From assembly GCA_963815455.1 (NCBI GenBank), contig CAWFGO010000001.1:352001-416000 (forward strand): DNA of 64,000 bases, read 5' to 3'. The position numbers and the translations under genes are program-made. Below, piece after piece: positions 52,910 to 62,512 of this stretch. This stretch comes from an uncultured Verrucomicrobiae bacterium. Its GTDB lineage: Bacteria > Verrucomicrobiota > Verrucomicrobiia > Chthoniobacterales > UBA10450. The notes under the pieces are model-generated. The model saw only the letters and a list, made by a program, of their open reading frames with translations. It did not search any database and was not told where the DNA came from. Each line of letters opens with the position of its first letter. Within the stretch, counting starts at the first letter, position 1.

Positions 52910-54150
52910 TCGCCTTGCACGCGAGTGACAACCATCGAACTGGCGCTTCCGCCCAGGCCACGGACATTGATCACGATGCAATTCACCCGGGATCTTCGCG
53001 CCCGCTGCGGAACAAAATCCAAGTCGCACTTCGGATCGGCGAATTCATAATTCGCCGTCGGCGGCACCAAGTGGTCCCGGATCGCCAGTACAGACGCCGC
53101 AACCTGAAACGGTCCGCCGGCCGCCAGCGCGTTTCCCGTTATTCCCTTAATCGAGCTGACTGGAATCGAATACGCGCGCTCGCGAAACACCTGCTTAATC
53201 GTGTCTACTTCTACGGCATCCAGCACGGGGTGACCCGGTCCGTAGGCCGAGATGTAATCAACGTCTTCGATGGTTCGATGAGAATTTGCCAATGCCTGCT
53301 TCATTGATTGTTCCAAGCCCGAAGCCGGTCGGCTAGGATCGACATCGCGTTGCTTGCCGTAACCACCGATTTCCGCGTAAATGCGGACGCCGCGCGCTCG
53401 GGCGCGTTCCAGATTCTCAATCACAAAAATTCCCGCGCCTTCCGAGATGACGCCGGAATCCCGGTCCAAATCGAAAGGCCTGTTCGCCTTTTCCGGTTCG
53501 CCATTCCGGCGCGAGCTCAGCCCGCTGCTGGTGAAAGAAGCCATCGAGAGCGGCGTAATCGGAGCATCCGTGCCGCCGGCGATCGCGACCTCAACCCGGC
53601 CCTGGCGGATCATCTCTGCTGCGTCAGCGACCGCATCCAGGCCTGAGGGACATGCCGAGGAGATCGTCGCCGCATGCGCGCAAGCCCCGAGCCGGTCGGC
53701 TATTACGTTTGCAGCTCCCTGGGGCAGAGACGCGGAGCAAGTGGTTGCCGGCGCACGATCCGGTCCGTGTTCGCTTACGATGTGAAGAGCGCGCTCCAGT
53801 ACATCCATCGAATTCATGCTCACCCCGACAATCACCGGCGTCGGACTCGGCAACTCAAGATTCTCGATATCCAGCGCCGCATCGTCGAGCGCCAGCATCG
53901 TCGCCGCAAATGCCAGCTGCGTATGCCTTGCCATTCGCTTCGGCTTCAGCTCAGGAGCAATGTAATCCAGCGGGTCGAAATTTTTCACTTCGCCAGCGAT
54001 CCGGCTCTTGAAATCGGTCGCGTCGAACAAGGTGATCGGGCCGATGCCGCTGCGGCCGGCGAGAATCGATTCCCAAAATGCCTCAATCCCAATCCCGTTC
54101 GGGGCCACGATTCCCATACCGGTAATGACGGCTCGATTGCGCGTACTCAT
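52906..54150 (-). CDS. FabF-fold beta-ketoacyl synthase homologue with non-canonical active site
   Basis: VITGMG, SSACPSG, RPFD.DR.G, EGAG; SAYGPG and KGITGN replace the two catalytic His motifs. Confidence 0.9.
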   Translation of the reverse strand: MSTRNRAVITGMGIVAPNGIGIEAFWESILAGRSGIGPITLFDATDFKSRIAGEVKNFDPLDYIAPELKPKRMARHTQLAFAATMLALDDAALDIENLELPSPTPVIVGVSMNSMDVLERALHIVSEHGPDRAPATTCSASLPQGAANVIADRLGACAHAATISSACPSGLDAVADAAEMIRQGRVEVAIAGGTDAPITPLSMASFTSSGLSSRRNGEPEKANRPFDLDRDSGVISEGAGIFVIENLERARARGVRIYAEIGGYGKQRDVDPSRPASGLEQSMKQALANSHRTIEDVDYISAYGPGHPVLDAVEVDTIKQVFRERAYSIPVSSIKGITGNALAAGGPFQVAASVLAIRDHLVPPTANYEFADPKCDLDFVPQRARRSRVNCIVINVRGLGGSASSMVVTRVQGE

Positions 54151-54469
54151 GATGTCGATCCAAAAAAGACGCGCGAAAGACCAGATGCCAAATCAGCTTT
54201 CAGAAGAGATTCTAAGAAACGAGTCTCCTTGCCAAATGGCTTCGAGTCACCGCGCATTCTAGACGCTACATTAAATCCAGTCATTATACGTTTCGTCCTA
54301 TTTCAAGCCTGTTTTATCCAACCAAATCTGCCACTTATTCACAAATCGCAGCTTGCGCGCCAATCAAAACCAATTCAGCTTCCCGCCGCATAGATTATGG
54401 CTCCTGAGGCTTTTGTCACCTACCTCCTTCCGCGGCACGCTGTTAGCTTCTACCCCCGCTGCTACCCTC

Positions 54470-55621
54470 ATGTCCGCTCCGCCTGAACCACCCGAAATCC
54501 TTGTTATCGACGACGAAGTCGGTCCGCGCGAAAGCCTGCGGATGCTGCTGAAGCCGGACTACCAGGTTCGCACCGCCGATTGCGTCGAAACAGGCCTTAA
54601 ACTTCTGAAGGAAAAGAACCCGGATACGATTGTCATGGACATCCGAATGCCCGGTATGAGCGGTATCGATGGACTGCGCAAAATCCGCGAGATCGATCCC
54701 CATCTTTCTGTGATCATGCTCACCGGTTTCGGCGCCCTCGAGACGGCCCGGGAAGCGCTTCGGTTGGGCGCTAACGATTACATCAGCAAACCCTTCGATG
54801 CAGGCGAAATGCGCGACGTCATCGATCGCAATGTCGAGCGCACTCGGGTCCACCGCACCGCCGAACACACCGCCGGCGAAATCCAGGAACTCAATAACCG
54901 CCTTCTCAAGGAGCTGGCCCAAAAGGAGCGCCTTGCCTCTCTCGGTCAGGCTTCGGCGGAATTCGTCCACGATCTGGGCAATCCGCTGACCATTGTTTGG
55001 GGCTACGTGCAGCTCTTGGCCAAGAAGCTCGAAAAAACTGACAACGGTGGCGCCGCCGAGAACACCGATTCGATTCGGGAGCTAAACATTATCGAAGAGA
55101 ACGTGCGCCTTTGCCGGGAGCTGCTCACCATGTGGCAAAGCTACGGCAGCGTTGAAGCCTCCCCGCGCAAGCCAATCTCCGTCTCCGAAATTGTCGGCGA
55201 CGTTCTCAAAGGGCTCACCCCGGTCGCAGCCCAAAGCGGCATCGATCTAAAATCCGATGTCTGTACCGATCCCTGCACGCTGCACGGCGACACGGTTCAA
55301 ATCAAGCGAGCGATCCAAAACGTCATCATCAACGCGCTCCAGGCATCCGCCGAGGAAAAAGGACCGGTTTCGGTCACTTGTGTGCGGAAAGATTTCTACG
55401 TCGATATCGTCATTGAAGATACCGGCGCCGGAATAGACCCGGTCCAAATGAACAAGATTTTCGACCCGTATTTTACGACGAAACAGGGCAAGAGCGGAAC
55501 CGGTCTGGGGCTTTATATCACAAAGAAGGTCGTCGAGGACCATAATGGCTCCATCAAGGTGGACAGCACATCCGCGGCGGGAACCGTTTTCACAATTCGC
55601 CTTCCGCTGCTGAACGTTTAG
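54470..55621 (+). CDS. Hybrid REC-histidine kinase
   Basis: LVIDDE, MDIRMP, KPF; HDLGNPL, NALQA, DTGAGI, GTGLGL. Confidence 0.9.
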   Translation: MSAPPEPPEILVIDDEVGPRESLRMLLKPDYQVRTADCVETGLKLLKEKNPDTIVMDIRMPGMSGIDGLRKIREIDPHLSVIMLTGFGALETAREALRLGANDYISKPFDAGEMRDVIDRNVERTRVHRTAEHTAGEIQELNNRLLKELAQKERLASLGQASAEFVHDLGNPLTIVWGYVQLLAKKLEKTDNGGAAENTDSIRELNIIEENVRLCRELLTMWQSYGSVEASPRKPISVSEIVGDVLKGLTPVAAQSGIDLKSDVCTDPCTLHGDTVQIKRAIQNVIINALQASAEEKGPVSVTCVRKDFYVDIVIEDTGAGIDPVQMNKIFDPYFTTKQGKSGTGLGLYITKKVVEDHNGSIKVDSTSAAGTVFTIRLPLLNV

Positions 55622-55731
55622 TTGCAGCGGCAGTCTCCCACCGTCGCACTTTTGGGAGCAAGGGCTCACCCCTAGCAGTCAGGATCGCGGTTTCACTTGT
55701 CAGTCCTCGTGCGTTTGGTTTCCCTGAACGG

Positions 55732-58008
55732 GTGCAACCCACTTATCAGGTCGCTCCAATCTTTCTGATCCGCCTGCCCGGGTTGTCCTTCGACGCAATC
55801 GAGCAGCTGGCCACGCCTGAAACCATCAAAGCTGCCCGTGCGCTTGCTGTGCACAATGAGCGAGACGCGGACTCCATGGCGCGCCTTCTCGAAACCCTTG
55901 AGAAAGAACTTGGCCCGGCACGGACGGCCCTTTGGCAATCGAGCCGAACTGTGTTGGCGCCCTACCTCATTTTCGCGGTCGGCGGTGTTCGCCAGCTGCT
56001 CTCCCACCTTCTCGACGACCAAGCCGATTACAGCCGGCTGACGCGCCGTAACTCCCGGGCCGGAGATCGGGAACGGCATCTCCTTCTTTATCTTCAGAGA
56101 ATCGCAGCCAAGAACGACACGTTTAGCGAATTTGGACCAACCGGTTGGGGCAAGATCGATTCGTTTAATGCGTCGCCTGCGGCGATGAACGCGATCAAGA
56201 TCGACATCCGGCCCGGGATCGCGAGGCGCAAAGCATTCTTGGAACGCTGGACCGCCCATTCCGTAGCTGCGGCGATGAATGCCGACCCGGCGGTGCGATC
56301 GGAAAGCTCTCCCCGGCTTCATCCGGGCGTCCGAATCGAAGGCGATCAACTTCTCTTTGCCGATACTGGCGAAACAATAAAGCTCGACGCCAGGACGAGC
56401 GAAATTCTTGCCCGATGCAACGGATCGACTCCAGCCCATGCAATTGGCGTCGATCTGAATGTGCTCGACGACTTGGACAAACGAAAAATGATTCTTTGGG
56501 AAGTCGAGGTCCCGGCTCTCGATCCACATCCTTTCGACACGCTCGTCGCCGATGTCCAAAATTGGCGGGAAAGCCCGGTGCGAGAAAAGTGGCTCGGGCA
56601 ACTTCAACCAATTGCCGCGTTGCCAGAAAGTATTATCCGGGCAAGCGGGCCGGCTGCCCGCTTGGAAATCATGAATGAATCGGCGCAACGCTTGCAGGGC
56701 ATTGGCGTTGCGCACACGACATCGTCCAACCGGTATCTGTATTCGGCGAAAAATCCGATTGGCGAAGAATGTTTCCGCGAATGCGGTTTCTCTGTTAGTC
56801 AGGACTTGATCGACGAAGTTGCGGTAGAGGCCGCTCCCTGGATCGATTTTTGGCGCGATTCCTACGCCTTCATTGCCGGTCGCGTCGCTGCCGATCTGCG
56901 CCGCGTTTTGGAAAAAAATCGAAGCACTGCCATGCCGCTGCCCGCCTTTCTGAAATTATGCGAAGCAGCAAAACGTCCCCTCACCGGTCCGGGCCTGATT
57001 GCTCCCGCCGCGATCGCGTTCCAGGAAATCAAAACCGCCTTTCGCCAACGAATGCGCCCTCAGGCCGATGCCGCCGAGTACACGCTTACACCAGCCGATT
57101 GCCACATTGTGCGCGATAATTTTGAATACGAAAAATTCGATGAATACACTTATCCGTCGGCCGATTTGCAACTCGCCGCAAAATCAACGGAAGCGGTAAG
57201 CCGCGGCGAATATCAATGGGTTCTGGCCGAGCTGCATCCTCCCGTTGCTCTCCTGCAACATTGCATGTACTGGGCTTGCCCCGATAAACCCGCTCTTACT
57301 CGCGCCCTCCTCCGCACAACCTGCCACCGGCCAAATTTTTATTTTGGATTTTTCGCCACCGATTTTACTGCCCACACAGCAATCCGTTTTTTCGACGCAG
57401 TTCCAGGGGTCACAAACTTTGTCGCGCCTCAACGGGGGAATCCGGCGTGGAAAACTGTTTCGCCCTCGCAAGCGGAAGTTTATGTCGATGCACCTAGTGG
57501 CGACGTTTGTCTGCGGAAAATCGGAGCCGGTGAATATCTCGGTTCGTTCTCCCGCAACTGGATTATCTCGCTCGGTTTTCATCCGTTCCAATTCGGGATG
57601 TCGCCGCATACGCCGCGGTTGCGCTGTGGGAACGTAATCGTGCAACGCCGGACGTGGACCGTGACTCTGGATGAACTCGGCGCCGGCAATTTCAAGGGCA
57701 TTTCGCGCGACCTGGTTCTCGCGATTGAGCGCCTACGCGCCCAGCGCGATTTGCCACGTTACATTTACATTCGCCCGACCGAGCAGGCACTTCGCCGCAG
57801 CGGCGCGGAAGGCCGCGACAAGGACACCAAACCGGTGTTTGTCGATCTTGAGAGCTACCTATTCCTGGAAATTTTCCAACGCTGGCTGACCAAATCCAGC
57901 GAGATCGAAGTCACCGAAATGTTGCCCGATCCGGATCATTTGTTGTGGAAGGAACCGGATGGAAGACGCACCTTCGAGCTGCGAACACTCATCGTCCCGC
58001 GCTCATGA
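55732..58008 (+). CDS. Stand-alone lantibiotic dehydratase glutamylation-domain protein (small LanB / PEARL-like)
   Basis: YLQR..AKNDT.S.FGP; C-terminal PR, KPVFVD..S, EMLP, ELR; no elimination domain evident. Confidence 0.8.
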   Translation: MQPTYQVAPIFLIRLPGLSFDAIEQLATPETIKAARALAVHNERDADSMARLLETLEKELGPARTALWQSSRTVLAPYLIFAVGGVRQLLSHLLDDQADYSRLTRRNSRAGDRERHLLLYLQRIAAKNDTFSEFGPTGWGKIDSFNASPAAMNAIKIDIRPGIARRKAFLERWTAHSVAAAMNADPAVRSESSPRLHPGVRIEGDQLLFADTGETIKLDARTSEILARCNGSTPAHAIGVDLNVLDDLDKRKMILWEVEVPALDPHPFDTLVADVQNWRESPVREKWLGQLQPIAALPESIIRASGPAARLEIMNESAQRLQGIGVAHTTSSNRYLYSAKNPIGEECFRECGFSVSQDLIDEVAVEAAPWIDFWRDSYAFIAGRVAADLRRVLEKNRSTAMPLPAFLKLCEAAKRPLTGPGLIAPAAIAFQEIKTAFRQRMRPQADAAEYTLTPADCHIVRDNFEYEKFDEYTYPSADLQLAAKSTEAVSRGEYQWVLAELHPPVALLQHCMYWACPDKPALTRALLRTTCHRPNFYFGFFATDFTAHTAIRFFDAVPGVTNFVAPQRGNPAWKTVSPSQAEVYVDAPSGDVCLRKIGAGEYLGSFSRNWIISLGFHPFQFGMSPHTPRLRCGNVIVQRRTWTVTLDELGAGNFKGISRDLVLAIERLRAQRDLPRYIYIRPTEQALRRSGAEGRDKDTKPVFVDLESYLFLEIFQRWLTKSSEIEVTEMLPDPDHLLWKEPDGRRTFELRTLIVPRS

Positions 58009-58030
58009 AAATAATCGCCATCACTGACTC

Positions 58031-58160
58031 CGGGGAGCACACGCGCCCTCGCGTGTCCTTTTTGGCGCCCCCGCCAAAAAGATTTGTGCACGTGATCACG
58101 GAAAAAGTTCGCGCTGGCGAGAGCGCCATCGCCGGCACTCGAGGGCGCGTGCTCTCCCCG
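58031..58160. repeat. GGAG-type REP-like inverted repeat
   Basis: cggggagcacacgcgccctcgcgtg ... cactcgagggcgcgtgctctccccg. Confidence 0.85.
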
Positions 58161-58162
58161 AA

Positions 58163-58938
58163 ATGAAGATCATCGCCATCGCAAATCAAAAAGGCGGCGT
58201 CGGCAAAACGACCACGGCCGTCAATCTCGGGTGCGCCCTGGCCGAGCTGGGCCAGCGCATTCTGCTGGTCGATCTCGATCCGCAGGCGAACGCCACCAGC
58301 TCGTTTGGCTTGCAGGGATTGGACGGGACGAGCCTTTACGAACCGCTTCTTGGCGAGGCATCCATCATCGACAAAATTGTGCCGACGCGATGTGAACGCT
58401 TGTTCATCGTGCCGGCCGATCTCGATCTTGCCGGCGCCGAAATCGAGATCGCGCGCATGGAAAATCATCTCACCCGCCTGGCCGAAACGCTGAGGCCGCT
58501 GCGCGCCGACGATACCTTCGATTTCGTTCTGCTCGATTGCCCGCCGTCGTTAGGCATCTTAATGACCAACGCCCTCGCCGCCGCCGACGAACTTCTCACG
58601 CCGATTCAATGCGAGTATTTCGCGCTCGAAGGACTTGTCAAAATCGTCCGCGTAGTCGAGCAGATCCGCGACTCCGGCGCGAACGATCGGATCGAAATCG
58701 GCGGCATTGTCATGACCATGTTCGACAGCCGCACCAATCTGAGCGCACAGGTCGTCGCCGAAGTGCGACAGCATTTCGGTCCGCGTGTTTATGCAACCGT
58801 AATTCCACGCACCGTTCGCCTGAGTGAAGCGCCCAGCTTCGGTCAATCCGTTCTCGAATATGCCCCAGTGGAACCGGCGCCGCCGCCTATCGCGCCCTGG
58901 CCAAAGAGTTCCTAAAACGACACGCCACTTCTGTGTAG
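58163..58938 (+). CDS. parA: ParA/Soj family ATPase (C-terminal frameshift; end approximate)
   Basis: NQKGGVGKTT, DLDPQANAT, DCPPSLG, QCEYFALEG, LSEAPSFG. Confidence 0.9.
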
Positions 58939-59002
58939 CGGCGGTCTCCGACCGTCGCATTATTTGCCGAGAAAATTCCACCGACAGTCGGAGGCCGCTA
59001 CA
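58934..59002. repeat. GTAG-type REP doublet (degenerate)
   Basis: tgtagcggcggtctccgaccgtcgc ... cgacagtcggaggccgctaca. Confidence 0.8.
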
Positions 59003-59028
59003 GTAACATGCTGATTTTGTGGTCGAGC

Positions 59029-59510
59029 CTAGGACTTTGGCGAAGCTTCGGGAGCAGCAGCCGGTGAAGCCTCAGCTTTTTCTTTCTTCGTTTTCTTCGC
59101 CTTTTTCTCGCCGCTTGTCATCGCGCCGATCTTTACGGTCTTGGCCTCGAGGCTGTTGTCAGCGGCTTTCCAATAAGCACCGCTCACCTCTTCGTTTTGC
59201 ACAATGTCGTTCATCGTCGCCGCAGCCGCACCTTTGGTGATCGCGGTCTTGTCTGTGACTTTGAAGACGCGCGTGGCTTTCTTCCCAGTGATGGTAAACG
59301 TCTTCCCGCTCTGATCCACGGCCGGACCATCCCGTGGAACGGAATGGGCCTTGGCACTTTGGTCGCCGCTGCTGCCGGCGAGGCGGACGCAGCAGGCACA
59401 GCCGAAGAGGCAGCGTCCGCTTTTTTCTTGCCCGCAGCCGATAAACTGAGTGGCGCGAACGCCAGAGCCGCAACACAGGCCACCGCGATGAGTTGTGATT
59501 GATGTTTCAT
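59029..59510 (-). CDS. Secreted Ala/Lys-rich small beta-barrel-like protein, frameshifted
   Basis: Signal peptide; PFHG.V / D...KTFTI..K..R.F.VT..T.I. Confidence 0.65.
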
Positions 59511-59628
59511 AATTTTGGGTTTGTTAGTTTCGGGATCGACACCGACCCCGGATGCAGGACGAGGTCAGGTGCGTTCTCTTTATAGGTCTAGCGAGTCCGG
59601 CCGCCGAAGGCAATCGCTTTTCCCTTTG

Positions 59629-59677
59629 CGTGGCATCGGCATCCTGCCGATGATCATGGGCTGGAAGCCCATGCCAC
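59629..59677. repeat. GTGG-type REP-like doublet
   Basis: gtggcatcggcatcctgccgatg-at-catgggctggaagcccatgccac. Confidence 0.75.
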
Positions 59678-59975
59678 TCTTCATCCCCTGTTGAACAATT
59701 AGATTTCGCTGCCGCGAAATTGGTGGCAGGCCGAGTCGAAGCTCGCTGCGTTGGCGTGGCAAATCAAAACGTGTCCGCCTTCACCGAAGTTACGGCGCGA
59801 CAGTCCACGCTCTCCACTACGCTGCGAGCGAAGACTGGAGGTAAGGGGATTATCCAGCGCTGCGCGTTCGCTCGGGGTTTGAGCTTCGCTCTTAACCCTT
59901 GCGCGTTATGCGCCCCACCAGTCGAACAAGATTCTCATCCCCTACGAAAACAAATGGATTTCGCTGACGCTAAAT

Positions 59976-60051
59976 TGGTGGAGGTAAGGGGATTCGAACC
60001 CCTGACCTTCTCATTGCGAACGAGACGCTCTACCAACTGAGCTATACCCCC
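59976..60051 (-). tRNA. tRNA-Ala (anticodon CGC), CCA encoded
   Basis: GGGGGTATAGCTCAGTTGGTAGAGCG...TT-CGC-AA...GGTTCGAATCC...TACCTCCACCA; 76 nt, G3:U70 pair. Confidence 0.97.
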
Positions 60052-60287
60052 AAAGTCTTTCGACCGCCGAGCTTTAAGGTGCAGAATTCGGACTGCATTT
60101 CAACTGGCACCCCACCCGTTTTGCCCCCCTGATGATTTTCGGAAAGTCCACTTCTGTCCAGAAAAGTCTGGGCTGAACCTGAGCGGGCTTCCCTCGACTC
60201 GCTGACACTTGCATGGACGAGTTCAACGCGTGATGTCTTTAGTCACGCGCTCCGATCTGACACTTTAATGAGTGCGTAGATGATTTG

Positions 60288-60867
60288 ATGAGCACGACGA
60301 AGCCCGATGATTTGCAAGCAGTGCGGACATTGTTGAGGCACTACAGCCATTCGATGAGCTCGAACGAGATCGAATAGTTCGCTCGGCACGGGAGAAGTGG
60401 GATATCCCATTCTCCTTCGGTAACGGCTACCAGTGCGCCGGCCATCGTGTCTGGAGGAGCGGCCAGTCCTCCTGCCACCGATGGTGGGCAAGACATTTCT
60501 TCCTTCGTGACGAAGAAGGATCCCAAAAGCGACGTCCACTTCGCTGCGACAGTGGCGTATTACTATCAATTTGTCGCACCCACCTGAAAGAAAGGCCGCG
60601 ATCACAAAAGAGGATCTCATCGACGCCTGCAGAAAAGCGCCACGCAAGCGACCGAAAAGGCCTGCACAGGTGTTAGTGAACGCGTACCACAATGGCTTAT
60701 TGGACAGAGGCGAGAGAGGCCAGTACAGGCTAAACTCAGTCGGTGAGAATTTGGTAGCCATGGTTTTGCCTGGAGGCAGCACCACAGCGAAGCCAGTGAC
60801 GAAGGGTGCTCGCAAACGTTCATCACGAAAAGCCAATGCCCCAAAATGCGCCGCTCCGCTGGCGTGA
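60288..60867 (+). CDS. Hypothetical protein with probable C-terminal winged helix, frameshifted
   Basis: Merged frames: MSTTKPDD...VAYYYQFVAP...LVNAYHNGLLDRGERGQYRLNSVGENLV. Confidence 0.6.
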
Positions 60868-60914
60868 AGCGCGCATAGGGACAAGCCAATGCAAGACGCA
60901 GCGGCACGCTCGAT

Positions 60915-61678
60915 ATGGCCATCGATGCTGTGACGAGGCTAAGAGGCACCCTCCGCAAGCGAAGGGGTCACCAAGTAGAAGTGCGGACGAACAGATGCTT
61001 GTCAAGGCAACTACAAGCATGGTTCAGATCGCAAAGACCAGCCCTACTTGCCCTATCAAGCGAACAACTCTTCCAACAAGTTGATGCCGCCTTTGCGGCT
61101 CTGCTCGAATACTCAGATATCGGCACGGTTCGAGATAAGTACATAAACCATCTGGCAACCCTTGGGCTGATCTTGTTCGGCTTAGGTCCCAAACCGTGCT
61201 CGCACTTCCAACCCAATCCGTGCAGCAGCCAGATTTCAAGAGGTTAATAAGTGACTCAATGATGGTAGCGATCCTGGAGCGTCGTTGGACCGAAATTCTC
61301 GCCTGCCTGCAAGCAGGAGCTGATTTAGCTGCCACTGTAATGATGGGCGGACTCTTGGAAGCACTATGCCTCGCGCGCGTGAACAGACTCTCGGATTTAA
61401 AGCCGGTGTTCACCGCGACCGCTGCGCCGAAAGACAAAGCAGGGAAGCCTCGACCGTTAAAAGAATGGGGCCTCAAAGATTTCTTGGACGTAGCCAACGA
61501 ATTAGGATGGATACGTCGATCAGCAAAAGATGTAGGGGCGGGGACCGCGAGATTACCGAAACTATATACATCCCGAAATGGAGCGATCACATGGAATCTC
61601 GATTAACAGTGACGACTCCAAATGTTCTTCAGCGTGCTTTCAGCTCTAGCTGATCAGATTATAGCGAGTGTAAAATAG
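60915..61678 (+). CDS. HEPN-like protein, frameshifted
   Basis: A.LAA.VM.GGLLEA, W.L.D.LDVA.ELG.I, and RDYRNYIHP (RxxxH-type motif) in the next frame near 61548-61574. Confidence 0.7.
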
Positions 61679-62512
61679 GCTCTCGCGCGCACAATTTCAG
61701 TTCTTGCGTGCGACTTCGCATCGAACGCGGTGACCTTCTGGAAGGTTCTTTGCTGGCCCCTGAATGATCTGCTGTGAGTCCATTCTTGTCCAGAAAAGTC
61801 ATGGTTGAATGATGTGTAGCTCCTTGCTTTTGCGGTTAGATCTCACGCGCCCATTGGCGAAGGAAGAGGTTAGTCGCGACGCGACCTCCCGTTGAACAGA
61901 ATCAAGAGCGCCGCTCGCCACTGCAGTGTAGGGATCCCGGGGGCCGATCACGAAGTCCATTCCCCACGGCTCGTTACGCACACTCATGTCCGAAGCGCAT
62001 CCTGCCAGCGCTTGTTGGGCGGGCCATTGAAGATCACTTTATCCATCCGGGGCGTGACGCTCGCGGCCATTGACAGACGCGTTTCGCTCGGCGTTTAGCT
62101 CGAGAAGCATGGGACGGAGAAACCATAGGGTAGGGTTTTTTGATCGAGTTATCAACCTTGGTCCCGTCAGGCAGCAACAGAAACGGAAGGAAAACGCATC
62201 ATCAGCTCACTGTTGATACCAGGTCCATCGATGCCCTTCGGCGATCTGGGCGTCGTGTCGCCGTGAAGGAACGCGTCATTGCGGTTGAAGCCATAATCGG
62301 GGGACTGGTTCAGGAATGTCGGGAATCGAGGCAGCATTGTCCTCGCCGACGAAAGCCTTCGCAGGCTGATCCGGCGGGTGACCTTGTTGAATACTCCAGT
62401 GAATTTCCTTCACGGAGAAGCCTTCCTCCATCTCAAGAGGAGCTGCCCGCCACACGACATGAGTCCCGAGTGGTCCGCTGGCGCACGCGAAAAGCGGCGT
62501 CGCCGCCGATTG

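Noticed and set aside
58005..58166. 53-aa ORF as the precursor peptide of the LanB-like enzyme
   Set aside because: It consists of a relic parA start plus REP sequence and has no leader/core character.
30525..59002. Recurrent ~25-bp repeats as a CRISPR array
   Set aside because: They are dispersed inverted pairs without regular spacers, and no cas genes are present.
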